The notes under the pieces were generated by a model. It did no database searches. It worked only from the letters and a program-made list of their open reading frames with translations, and was not told the origin of the DNA. From Curvularia clavata (taxonomy: Eukaryota), in assembly GCA_023920165.1 (NCBI GenBank), contig CP089274.1:1984001-2048000 (forward strand): a stretch of DNA of 64,000 nt, given 5' to 3'. Positions within the stretch are counted from its first letter, which is position 1, and each line of letters starts with the position of its first letter. Of the stretch, positions 1 through 12,848 are shown piece after piece. Made by a program: the position numbers and the translations under genes.

Positions 1-666
1 CCGCTCCGTGCAACTGTGACTTCCTATAAGGGTGCTGGTGTTGGATTTGGTAGACTTCGCGATCTAGCAGTTGCGTCTGGACGACATTGAAATACCATTT
101 GAGACGACTGCTTGAACAGAGAAGGCTTGGTAGGTGGGAGTCGAGAAAAATGGCAAATACTGGGCGGTTGAGTATGTAGATGCAATGAATGATAAGTTTA
201 TATGGTTGTGAAAGACTTGGCCTGTAGATTGGTTTTCATGCGTTGTTTTTGTGAGTGAGGCTTCTGAAGTTAGTGACATGCCTTGCATCTTGCTAAATGC
301 ATTCTCTATGCAATTCTCTACTCGCTTGTGTATTGACACAAAGGGTATAGAGTTTGAACTTATCTCGCTGGTGATAGTTATTAACAAGTAGAGAAAAAGG
401 TACGACATCAGGATTACGTATCGATATTTTCAGGGGTGTGCGAAATGAAAGTTGGTGCGAAATTATAAGACTGAGTCAGGTTTGTTCACATATGCCGCAG
501 GTGGATTCTCTTGCGACAAGCGCTTTGATGGATTTATTTCAAAGAAGATAATATATACTGGAGAATGTATTGCACCCGAGTAGACGCATGAAACATGGAA
601 GTCCCATCTCTTGGGCCACCTAGTACCAGAGCACCGACCCTAGACCACGGCCATCCCTCTCTGGCT

Positions 667-1497
667 CTAACATTGCAGCTTGGTGGGCCCAGGAATCTTG
701 TAGGCACCATTTCCAGTCGGTTGGCCTTGAGAATTGTAGATGCTAAGCTTGATGCCCGCATCATCGGCCCTGTAAGCGCCGGGGAAGCTGACCGTGGTTC
801 CGGTCCTGGACCCAGAGCCCGAAACGTTGATCTGAGCGCATCCCTGTGCAAGTTGTTAGTATGAAAAGCATAGAGAACGTTTTCATGGCTTACAATGTAG
901 AACTGAGCACCACCGGTGGATCCAGCATTGTGCAAGGCAATAATCTCGGCTCGCAGGAGATACTGGCCCGAAGCAACACAAGAGGGCACGTTGAAGTCAG
1001 TCCATCCGCCGTTGGAGATCATGCGGTCGACGGCCCATTTTCCAGAGCCGTCAAGACCGTCTTCAGCGACCTTGAACCATTGCAGGCCAGAAGCGGAGGC
1101 AGAGGCAGCGTTGGAAACCTTTGCCATGTAAAAGATCACAGGACCCTTGTGCGAGGCGGCAATCGGGTTGTCTGCGTCGTTTGCGCCTCTTTTGATGGTT
1201 AGAAGTGATGAGTTAATAGTGGCAATGTCAAACGTACTGGGCTCCTCCAACGATGTGCTGCCAGAGGACACCGACTCTGTCGCCTGGCTTGACATCAACG
1301 ACCTTGTTCGAAGAAGAGACACCGGTATTGCAGGCCATGGCGCCATCGTTGACGTTGGTGATGGGGTTGTTGGACGAGGCCACACGGATACCGTTGCCTA
1401 GGCCCAAGTCCTGACCGTTGACCCGGACACGCTGGGCAATGGTATGGGCTGAGGAAAGGGCAGGCAGCAGAGCGACGGCAGCGGCGAAGAACTTCAT
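667..1497 (-). CDS. AA9 (GH61) lytic polysaccharide monooxygenase, secreted, no CBM1; introns 1189-1237 and 844-893
   Basis: Signal peptide [17 protein letters not shown] followed by N-terminal His (HTIAQ), then [21 protein letters not shown]...GAQFY|IGCAQ, FPGAY and a C-terminal YKIPGP. Both introns are GT-AG with CTAAC branch sites and restore the frame to TAG at 667-669. Confidence 0.95.
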
Positions 1498-3571
1498 GTT
1501 GATGGATAGTGTAGGGGTTGCGAGGAAGTGAATGAGTGAGTGATGAGACAAAAGTATCTATATTGTCGTCTTGCTCGTCTCTTAAATACTTAAGCGCCTC
1601 TGGTCTTGATGTCCAAGCTGTTGTTGATTACAGAATGGGACGATACCAAGCCTTTCAGTCGTCTACGTCAATCGCTGGGCGGCAATCTATTTGCGCCGCG
1701 GCGAGATGGGATACAGGAGCTGCTATGCACTCGAGGCTTTGGTTACAGCAGTTCCGGTGGCGGCTGTCGCCAATCTCCCAATAGGGGACATGGCGGTCAG
1801 TCGAGTGGACCATAGGGTGGATTGCGCCTAGACGTCGATATAGAGTGTTTCGAAATAAATGCGGCGAGCAATCAAGCACCCGGCAAGCAATGCTTGGCAG
1901 TGGCATTTGGGTGCTGCCGGTTAATATATTTCCGCGATGAAGGCCCGTGAACAGGCGGGCCTCATGACCGGTTTCTGAAAATGGATTTCGGCCATGGCTG
2001 ACTAGACGGTGACTTTTGGTCGAGTTTTCTGTCAAGTCATGACGATTAGAAAAAGGATTCGACGATGCTATGGTAGTTGGGATGCGTGTCACGAGGCTAC
2101 GCTCTGCTAGACAAATGACGGGCATATTCTGAAACGCATATAGGGCAATGTTCAGGAAGCATGGCAGGAAGTGTTTGTGCTCCGCGGCCAGACAGACGTG
2201 CCAATCTCGTTTGCATAGACTAGATGCTAAGCAATGTGGAGGCGGAGTGCCATGTCCGAGGAGAGTGGTATTGCCAGAGGTGGGCATTTGTCAGGAGGGT
2301 TATGAAAGCCTTGTTGTATAAAGGCAAGTATGCAGCGGAGGAGTGTTGTCCAGCAAGCAGACCGGATGCGGAAGGTGAGCAGTCAAAGTTTGGTTCAGAG
2401 GGTGGGTAAGGCGAGAGATTGGCGAGAGCAGGGTAGCGAGGCGGAGAGCGCTAGGCATATCCATGTCCGGCACTTTTTTTTTCTTGGTGTTGGCCAATCA
2501 AGCCAATGTACAGTTGGACGTGAGAAGGAGAGGTACTGCCAGTCAGGTCACATGATTTGCAGGTCCAGAACGCACGCAGGCCCGTACCTGCAGCTGGGAG
2601 CAGCGATGTTTGTGAATTGATAAATGACGACATTGGCCGATGACTTGCAGCGCATAAGATTCTTGGGTCGTCGGGCTAGCAGTGGCACTTTGAATTAGGG
2701 CAGCGATAGCGCCAGGTGAAGGCAGATGGCGGGCGGCAGAGGATAGGTGCAGACGGCAGACGGAAACTTGAATTGATCTGCAAAGGATCAAGGCAATTCC
2801 TTCTTGGGTCGGCACGTTCGGATGATTTTCTCCTCTCCACTGCTCCACGTGTTCGAACAGCGAATATGGATGCAGCCTGCAGGCGTCTGCCACATGGCTG
2901 GGATTTGGCCAATGCCTTGGTCTTGAGCCAAACAACAACAACAACAACGACAACAATGATGATAACACCAAGGGCTTGATACGCCATACGGTGTCTCTTC
3001 GGGCAGCAGTGAATCAGGTATGTGGCAACGACCGGAAGTGCGCGCAACCGAAGAGCATGCAATGCGTCGAGACGGCGTGCTGATAGGCGCATGTCGACGA
3101 GCAGCGCCACAGACTAAGGCTGGTGTCGGGCAGTTTTGGCGGGGCCGTCACAGCTGCACTATGACGATGGCTGTACATTACATCACTCGCTACATGTTCA
3201 TGCCCGTCACCTCGAGCCTTTGTTGTGCCCTGCTGCCTGTCTGCTGCTGGTGTTGACGCTGGCCCTGGAGACCGCCAGCTTCTGTACAGACTCGTTGACT
3301 GCGGGTGCAAGCTCATCTTGCCCAAAGCCCAGCGCGCCGGCCTGTCTCCTGATCGACTTGATAGTGTGGTACCTTGGTTCCCAAGCAATCTCCGCCCTGG
3401 CCTCCCCGCCGCGCCTCTTAGCGCGACCCTGTACGTCACCACCAGCCACAGTCGGCATCTCCTCGACGACATACCTGATACATATATTCGGCCAGGGTCC
3501 ACCCCCACCGCCCTCCCAAAACTGCTTTCCCTATCTACAGACAGAGCCAGCCATCCTGACAACCATCCGCT

Positions 3572-6443
3572 ATGGCCATGCAGCGACCGGTCACTCCTTC
3601 GGCTCCCTACCAATCCATCCCACACGTCGACGACCCAGCCCTGCTCAGCCGGGGCTACGGCAGTGCTGTCAACGACTTCGCTGCCTCTCCACCATCCGCC
3701 CAGTATGATCGCTCGCGGCGGGGCAAATTCGAGGAGGACTTTGACGCTCCTACTCGAGGCACCTCAGTCGTTGATGGCGGCGACATGCACCCTCGCTCCT
3801 CTTCGCGCTCCTCCACCCTTAACCAGGGCGCTACCCCTTCACGCAGCGGCACTCTGAAGAAGAAAGGCTCCATCAAGAGGACTGGCAGCCTCAGACGCAG
3901 TGGCAGCAGAAAGTCCATACACGCTGGCAGCATTCGCGGTGTGACCCTCGACGACCAAGAACGCGGTTATGATCGCGAAGACAGCGTCTTCTACACACCT
4001 GTCCCTACCAAGGGCTCCCCTACTGAAGTATTAGCAGAACGCTTCCAGAGTAAGTTCTCATGTGCACAGAGACCATGTCTTCGCTAACACATGACAGCAT
4101 GGCGCAAGTTTCTCAAAGACCTCATCACCTACTTCCGCGAGGTTGCTGCCTCCTATGAACATCGCGCCAAGGCGCTCGTCAAAGTCTCCAACGTCATCAA
4201 CAACACCAATGCCCCCTCTACGCTCCTCATCGAGGGAGGCTTGAATGACGCCAATCGCATCCTCCGCGACTTCCACAAGCAAGCAATTGCAGAGGCCAAC
4301 AAGGCCCGCGACGTGGAAACAGACGTCATCAACCAGCTCAGTGGACTTAGGGCAGATCTTGCGCAAAAAATCAAGGAGATTAAGTCGCTTTCGGGTGACT
4401 TCAAGAACAACGTGGAAAAGGAGAAGGAAATCACCAGAAAGTGTGTCACAGCCCTCGAGGAAGCATTGGCAACAGCCGAAGCAGACCCTACAGCCGCCGC
4501 TGGCAAGGGAGATCCATACGTCGTCCGGCTGGGCGTCGAGCGACAAGTAGAGAGGCAGATCGATGAAGAGAACTATCTCCACAGGGTAGGTGGCTGTGTG
4601 ACATTCATCACTTACTGCTGGCTAACAAAAACAGGCTTATCTCAACCTCGAAAACTCTGGTCGCGAACTTGAGTCGATCGTCGTTGGCGAAATCCAAAAG
4701 GCCTACAACGCTCTAGCCAGCATCCTGAAGCGTGACGCCGACGAGCAGTACAACACTGTCGAAAGACTCCGCAACGGCCCAATTGCTATGCCACGTGATC
4801 TCGAATGGAGCAAGTTTGTGAGAAGCGACCCTCACTTTGTCGATCCCGACATCCCGTTGCGCAAACTAGAGGACATTCAGTATCCCGGCAAATACCACCC
4901 TGCTACCACCGAGGTCAGGGCCGGTATGCTCGAGAGAAAGAGCAAGTACCTCAAATCCTACACACCAGGCTGGTAAGTGATCCCCTTTCTCCACATGAAC
5001 CTTCCCCCTAACAAGGGCAGGTATGTCTTGTCACCAACACATCTCCATGAATTCAAATCAGCCGATCGTATCTACACTCAGCCTCCAGTCATGTCCCTGT
5101 ATCTGCCAGACCAGAAGCTTGGTTCTCGTTCCCAGCCCGGAAGTTCCTCCCACAAGTTCGTCATCAAAGGCCGTCAAGCTGGATCCATGCACCGCGGCCA
5201 TACTTGGGTATTCCGGGCCGAGACTTATGATACCATGGTCGCTTGGTTTGAAGATATCAAGGCCTTGACTGAGAAGAGTGGAGAAGAGCGCAACGCTTTT
5301 GTCCGCCGCCACGCCAGTGTCAGAAGCACCAGTGCCGGCAGCGCCCGCTCAGCAAGCTCAGATGGCGGTCTCGAGGAAGATGAGGCCGACGCCGTTCCAT
5401 TCTCGGCCAACCAGTCATTGCAAGAACAGACGATGGAAAAGTCTCCGGCACGACCTTCACGACCTTCTCCAGGTGGGCGATTTCCGTCTGATTTAATGGT
5501 CAACCGTAACTTACAAGCCCCTCTTTCGCCATCTAGTGGAAGCTCGGAGGTCAATTATGATATAACGACCATGTCTGGAGGCCCGGCACAGGAAGTCCAT
5601 CCTGCCCATCCCGCCCACACATCGGCCTATGACTCTGTTGGGCCTGTACAACCAGCCCAGTACTCCCAGCCAGCACAATACGCCCAGCCAGTGCAACACA
5701 TTCAGTCAGCACAGTATGCCCAGCCAATTCAGCAGCCGCAACATGCCTACGAAAACCCATACGCTACCGAGCAGCCATATGCATCCGCTACCCATGACTA
5801 TCCCGTCCAATCCGTTCCATCCGAAAACTACCATCCGTCCTACCCTGAGAACGGTCAGTTCATTCAACGTCAAGACAGTCACAACTACGGCAGTTGGATG
5901 GCGCCCGCTGTTGGAGGAGCAGCTACTGGAGCCTTGGCGAGTGAAGCACTCCGCAAGAAACAACTGGCACAGCAACACGTAGAAGCTCGAGAGCAAGGGC
6001 TTAACGGGCAGTCTCAAACCATGAACCATCCAGAGTTTAATTCTGCTCAAGCTCCTGTTCAGCAGTATCCCGGAGAGATTATGCCTGATCAAATCGACGA
6101 CGCCGGCTACGTGGCACCCAGTGCGCAGCCCGCATCCGCTCCAATTGTGGCTCCTATCATCAACCATCAGACTCAGACTCAACACAACGCATCTGAGGCA
6201 CCAGCGAACGCGTCTTTTTTAGGCGAGTCTGAGGCAGGCGCCGCCCCTGCCTCTGGCAAGACTATCAATGGCGGACCTGTTCCTGTTGAACTGGTGGATG
6301 CCGCAGAGGAAATGGCACACCCCGGCATGGTCAAGAGAACAGGCACCGACTTCAGTGTTAGTGACCTGCATGTTCCCGGTGAATACCCTAGGAACAGTGT
6401 TGGTAACGCCACCATCACTCCGAGGGTGCCTAATGGTGCCTAA
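3572..6443 (+). CDS. SLM1: Slm1-like BAR + PH domain phosphoinositide-binding protein; introns 4050-4097, 4586-4634, 4973-5020
   Basis: PTEVLAERFQ|TWRKFLKDLITYFREVA, coiled-coil BAR region (DPYVVRLGVERQVERQIDEENYLH), PH domain GMLERKSKYLKSYTPGW|YVLSPTHLHEFKS...WVFRAETYDTMVAW, and terminal LHVPGEYP motif. Canonical splice sites join the ORF fragments. Confidence 0.85.
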
Positions 6444-9400
6444 TGGTGCTACAACGCAGCCTTCGACTTCTCTAAGCTACAACTGATCGCGGGCTATGGA
6501 ACACCATATGACTGGCTTATAACGACGAATTGCATGACGGGATTTACGGATGTATGACAGAATGCTGGAAATGGTTCTCGGGGTTGGGTTCTGGGCTAAG
6601 AGCGTTGGATACACTGGGTCACTCTTCCTGTTCAAGGATCTCCCTTATTTTTCTGACATGGGTCACTTTCTTCGCGATTCCCTTTTTTCCGTTTCCTGGT
6701 CAGAAGTCTTTTACGCTCGTTGCGGACGCTTTGATACCGCCTCTTCCTGACATTGATACCCTGCGATATTCCCCAATTGAATGTTTTTTTCTATATGTTT
6801 GTGGCTTGTACGAGAATGAGATACTTTTAGCTATATGGTTCCTGCTATCAATTCCATTTTGTGTTTGAAACTTTCTCGTGTCATGGTCTGTAATGCTGGA
6901 CATGTGAAGCCGAGGCTGGAAGTGATGTCCGCGGGGAACAGTGGTTCAGAAGTCAGCATGCTGGATACGATGCAAACAATTCTCAAAACACACGAGACAC
7001 GAACCACGACACGCTTTCTCATAACCTTGCATCCTTTGCGACAAAAAGCATCGCTTTCGCTTTCGGCGGCTGCTCCAGCGAGTACAAGGTCTCATTACTC
7101 AGTACATCTAGAAAGGATTCCATCACGTCATAGGTTTGCTGGTTCTAGAATCCTACTTGAAACATATGTAGTTATGTAGAAAAAGAAACCATGTATAAGG
7201 GGAAAGGATGCAAAAAAGCAAAAGTAGTCCACATGGAGTATTCTTTCGCTCTTCCTACCTTGACCGACATCAAACGATGCATTTCGCGTGACTACCCTTT
7301 TTTTTTTCACTCTTCTTTCTATGGTACGTATGCGTACGTAGGGCCATGTAGAGTACGTAAGAGGAAACCTTACTGCAGCTGCGCCTCGACCTCTTCATTA
7401 CCACTACAAATTTCCGCGCCTCACACTTATTCAACCTACTCCCTATTCCTTCGTTTCTTCTTGATCCAGCCCAGCCCAGCCCAGGCCCAGCCACATTCTC
7501 CCCTCCCCCTTTCCCCTCTCTTCCAAAGCCCAGAGCACAGCTCAGCATAGCACAGCCCAACCCCCTTAGCCACCCCCACACCTCCACACTGTACCTTAAT
7601 TTCCGCACTGACCATTTCACTCTTTCTTGAGCGCAATCACGTGCGCAATCACCTTTTTGTCCCTTTGCCGGCCTCGTCCGTTAGTCTGCTCAGGGGGGGC
7701 CTGAAGGCAAAAGGCTAGGTGGGAGACGGGCGACGGGTTGGGTTTAGTGGGTAGATACACAGCCACGGGTTTACGTGGACTTGCATTTTACAACATGTAC
7801 GCTGCCAACGTTGTGGATGCCCAGGTTGCCTGTATGTACGCATGCAAGTATGAGGTACCTGCATGGCGTCTGGGGAGGGTGACGTTTTTTTTTTTTTTTG
7901 CTGCATATGTTTCTTGCGTGTGTGGGGAAGGGAGACGGTGGGCTGGGATTCCCCCTTGGTGAATTGAGATTATTCGTACGTAGTACACGTGTGCGTAGAA
8001 CGGACACAGCATCATCCATGGTAATCACGCCCCTCACCCGTCATTGTTGTGCTGCGTCGCTAGGATGTACTTGTACGCATGGGATTGCGATGTCTACGGC
8101 GACAATTTCCCATTTCTCATTGCCTTGTTTTTCTCTTCGTTATTTTCCCAACGGGTATTTGGGGTTGGGCTAAATTGGGTAGAGTTTGCATGCTAGTGAC
8201 TGGGGGGATTATGTGAGAAAGTAGTAGATCAATAAAGGAGATGCAAACAGATAACGCAATTCCGAGTGATGTGCAGCACTGGATGAAGGTTGACAGGGGA
8301 AACAAAAAACGATAGCGGGTGGTACACATGCGGATTGGAGGGAGGGGATGCAGGTGAAAAGGGAGTAGTACGATGGATAACGGCGACCGAACGCGTGTTA
8401 CCATGAACCACCCCTGTCTCTCGCTCGTTGGGACGGACAAAATGATGTAGGCCTATCAGATGTGCGCTATTATTTGATGCATCTTTCCTGTTTTGCGCGT
8501 TCATGAACTTTCTTACCTTCCTGTTTCTCCAACTATCTACGCGGGTAGTGCAATGCACAAAGATTAGAGAAACGTTCGAATAGTAGATACTACTAGTACT
8601 CGTTCGTCAACGGTCGAACGTCGCACCGTTGTATACAACCCGTATCAGGTCGTGTCTTTTGCACAAGCTCTCAAGACACACTCATTATCTACCAGAAAAG
8701 AAAAAAGTCACCATATTCACCATCTCCATGTTCTTCAGCCCTGCGCCTCCCCAATGGCGTAACCATCGCGTTCCTTCCCGCGATCTACACGCGTACCTGA
8801 CCTATATCCACGCAAACCCTTCCCTTAGTACCACCACCAACACACAATGACGCTAGTCTTATCTCTGTATTCTCGCATCCCCTTTTCTCTCACTCTCACA
8901 GTTTTAAAATGGAAGTGTGTATTCATCCAACATGAGGAGAGGAACAAATGAACCATCCAATACATAAGTACACGCAAAGTCAATAAACCCTATGCACTCG
9001 CTGCTATCTAGGGCCATTGCGTATTTTTAGCCCTCGCACCAAGACTAGTCCCAATGCAAAGTCAATACCCTACCCTATAGCTCTCGGAGAGTAAGCACTG
9101 AAAAAAAACTAGTAGTATTTGGATGACGACGACAATGACTGCGTTGGGCATTTGTGTGAACGAGGGTGTGGGACTCGAGTTGGGGGAGGTGGAAAGGGCA
9201 TACATGCCTTGGTTTGTCATGCAGCGGATGCATGTAGTACGTGGCCTGGTTGTTGGGACAGGCCTGAGGTCTAAGAGAGAAAGAGGGAGAATGGATACTA
9301 CGAGAAGGATATGGTAGTCATATGACATGGACTTCCATACTCATTGCAATGTGTATTCGATGACAGGGATGCCCATTAGAGTCGACCTCACTTTGTTCGT

Positions 9401-10112
9401 ACAATCCACTTTGATTTGAATTTTTTGTATTGGCCGAGGTGATAGAGTAGCTGGGAAATCGACTATGGGCACCTCTTTGGATCGGCTAGTACTACTACAA
9501 GGGGGTTGTGAGACAGAGCAACTTGATGTGCCTGTTGTGTGGGGGGGATTTTTTTTTGGGTTACAAAGGAGCGGCAGGACAGAAACTAATGTCCTCGAGA
9601 AGTGGGGGTAAGGAATGTGGTGGACGTAATATTACCGTCCAAGATGACGAAACAATAAGCAGTGAAGAAAATAGCGACCGTGGGGCCCGCAGTGTATGTG
9701 CGCCAGAGGATAAGTTTGTAAAAGTTGCCCATTTCAATTGCCCGGTATCTAACACCCCACAAACGCCCAGAGAGAAGAAAAAAAGGAAATGAATAAAAAA
9801 GACACACAAAAAAGATTTCGGGATATAACACGGAGAGGGACAAAAGACGCTGCTAGTACAAATCTTTCCTGTCCTCGTTCCATTCGGGCTCAAGGTGTTT
9901 CCGTCATATGCTGAATAGTAACGGGCTAAATCGCAAGATGCTTCTTACTCTCGTCAATGCGTGATCGCGCACACCATAGTGCGAGACATGAGGTGGAGAT
10001 TAGGTGTTTGCGGTGTCGAGGGTATTGAGGTGTGATTCGTCAGCGACTCCAGTCGTAGAAGGGGTCGCTGTGAAGGGCGCAATTGTTGCGCGTAGTGCCT
10101 CTTTTTTGGCGC

Positions 10113-11056
10113 TCATACGTTGGTGACCTGCAGAGTGTGAGTATATCGAACCCAGCCATTTATAAATCTAGTGCGCATACCTTCAATATCCGCCTTGAGT
10201 AGTCCTCGTTGTCGGCAATGCTACCGTTGCTCTGCCTTCGGTCCATGAAGCTTGGGTCCAGACGCGAGTCGTTCATGGATGAGTTGCTGGTGTGCAGCTG
10301 CTTGCCGCCGCCAACAAAAGCATTGACATTGGCAGCGTTGCGACGGTAATCTTCCTCAGCCTGCTGTTGACGTTTCCGGCGCAATAGGAACCATACACCG
10401 AACAGGATAGCTCCCAGGGCGAGTATTCCGACAACGACGCCAACTGCGATGGCGACTGTGTTGGGCTTGTCATCTTGCTGGGGTGCTGAGGTGGGCGATA
10501 CAGTCGCAGAGGCAGCAGCGGTTGATGTTCCGCCAGAGCTTGATGTCTTTGCTGGGACTGAGCTGCTGCTGGAGGATGGCTTAAAGTAGTCGACTTGGTT
10601 CCTTGTGTTGCCGGTGAGGACGACCCACAAACGATCCTTACCACCGCCTGAAGATGATTAGTACATGGTACAGTTGGGATCTTTTGTATGAGACTTACAG
10701 CCAGTGGTGTCGTCACCAGCACATGAGGTGCTGCAAGTGTTGTTCTCGACCTGCCATTCCTGTGCGGGGATCTCGTCTCCACACCAGCAGTTTTCTCCAT
10801 CGGACAAGCCCATGACGTCCTTGTTGAGTTGCAGACAGACCAGCTGGCAGTTACCAGGCGATTGGAACTTGTAAGGGCCGTGGTTCTCGAGGGGCAGTCC
10901 AGTCTCGAAACAGCCGATGCTGGTCATGGCGCTGGCGGCCTTTGTGACTGTGGGCGTTGTGATGGGGTTCTTGATGGTTGCAGTACCAGAGTCGGCCGAA
11001 ACCATGGCGACGATGGAAGCCGCTACGAGAGCGGATGTGAAGCGAAAGGAGACCAT
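10113..11056 (-). CDS. WSC1: WSC-domain type I membrane cell-wall stress sensor (Wsc1/Slg1-like); introns 10648-10698 and 10128-10180
   Basis: Signal peptide, Cys-rich WSC domain (GCF...FQSPGNCQLVC...CWCG...CSTSCAGD..GCGG), Ser/Thr-rich stalk, one TM (AIAVGVVVGILALGAILFGVWFLLRRKR), and cytoplasmic tail DNEDYSRRILK|VTNV. Confidence 0.9.
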
Positions 11057-12446
11057 GGTGGTGAGGTGGTAGGGGCGAATGTAGCAATGTGCGTGAGGTC
11101 AAGGACGTGTGGAACGGTGAATGCGTACAAGAGTCGCACCGTTGGACTTTGCGCAGAGGCGTGTACACATGCAAGGCCTCTGTGGGCGGTGCCTGGTTGG
11201 GGCGGCTGGATGAGGCGGTCAACGGGATGAGTGGTCAAGTGGTGTCGAGGGCGGCCAAGGGGGCGATGGGCGATGGATAGATGATGGATTTGTGTGTGTG
11301 ATTTGCTAGGCGATGATGGAGTAGCAGCAGGCTCGGTCAACGATGCCCAGCGGCGTCGACAGAGGTTGAAACGGAGGGCGTAGGGACAGGACAGATGGCG
11401 ATGAAACGGTTCGGTTGCCCCGTGGAATGCAGCCCCTAGGCGACAAGGCAAAAGCAACTTTGTCAGGGCCGAGAAGGGATAATGGGTGGGAAGGAGGGTA
11501 GCGGGCTAAACGATTGTGTGGGAGTCAATGACTGACGGGCAACGAAGCAAAGCAGACAAACGAGAGGAGGCTCGGGCCTTGACAAGTGGATCGTGGGTGA
11601 AGAGCAAAGGAGAGGATGCCCCCAGTCAGCAGTCGGATGGCATGGCATGGCATGGGATGCACCGGCCAGGAGAGCAGGAGCCAGCCTTGGCAATTAGCCC
11701 GCGCCGGCGAGCGGCAGTCAGACGCATCCGCAAGCTCCCACCACGCCGCTTCGGGCAGCCCAGCAGCTGGCGACGCCGCCCCGTCGCCTCCCTTCATCTG
11801 CGCTGCGCATCTTGTCTGTTCTGCTGGCATTCGCGCTGGTGCTGCCAGTGCCCGCGGTTGGCGTGCCACTGCGAGGCGCTCGTCGATGTCGAGGGCCGCT
11901 GTCGCGGCGCTATTCCAAGACGGGCTGGGCGGCCCCACCGGCTGCCAGGAACGCGGCGGCCATTGGCTGCGGGCCCAGCCAGTGGCGTTTCACCAGAGCC
12001 CCAAGCGCGTCGGGGGTGCGTCAGGGGTGCACTTGCCTTAGTTCACTTTGGCAGTGCCGGTGCCTGAGGGCAGAGGGCCAGAGGGCAGAGCCCGGCGACC
12101 GCGCGGTCTGCCGTCGTCCACCCACCACTGACGCTGTTGGCATTGCGCTTTGTTTTTGCGGCCCTGCAGCTGCCCACAAGCCTGTTGGGACGCAAAAGGA
12201 CAACGCGGCACCGTGGCTTGCCGCGCCTTCGTTGCTCATTTAACCCGTGCAACCTATTATTGCCCGCTGCATCCGGCGCCATCGTACCCCGGGAACACCA
12301 GACGTGCGCGCTGCTGAATGCTCCCAACAACGGAACCCCGAGCCAGCCAATATCTATCTACCCATCACTGCCTACCGCGTCTGGCCGCGTGCCTTATCGT
12401 CTCGTGTCATGTCATGTCGTGTCGCATCAGCCCATGCCTCCTGTGT

Positions 12447-12447
<1 letters not shown>

Positions 12448-12483
<36 letters not shown>
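12448..12483. repeat. (TAG)12 microsatellite
   Basis: Perfect trinucleotide run read directly from the sequence. Confidence 0.95.
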
Positions 12484-12848
12484 ACGAGCGCCCGTTTCCT
12501 CCCCAAGAATGCCAAATCAGCCACCCCGCCTAACCGTTGCGCCTCACACGCTGCGTACGGCCAAACGGGCCCGCCAGACAGGCGTCAAAATTCCCCAGAA
12601 CCCTCCTGAGACATGGATGCATACAACACGGGGTCAAGCCGACCGAATCCCAAGACTCAACGCCGTGTCAAAGGTTCCCCAGCTTTGTCGCATCCTCTCG
12701 CTAAGCACGCCATTTGCCCTCTCTTCACCAACCCATCCCAGCTCGCCTTAGTCATCCAAAATCACGTGACCCGCCCACTTCCCAATCTGGACGTCACCTC
12801 CAATGGCCGACCAAGCTGCACGCCCACTTCGATGACCACCACCGCTTG

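Noticed and set aside
1..408. 114-aa minus-strand ORF at the left edge
   Set aside because: No recognisable domain or coding bias; may be the promoter or leader of a gene outside the window.
6490..10110. 3.6-kb gap between convergent SLM1 and WSC1 with short ORFs, homopolymers, CCAGC repeats and an inverted repeat at 8572-8621
   Set aside because: Low-complexity 3'UTR/intergenic composition; no terminal inverted repeats with target-site duplication, transposase or consistent RNA structure.
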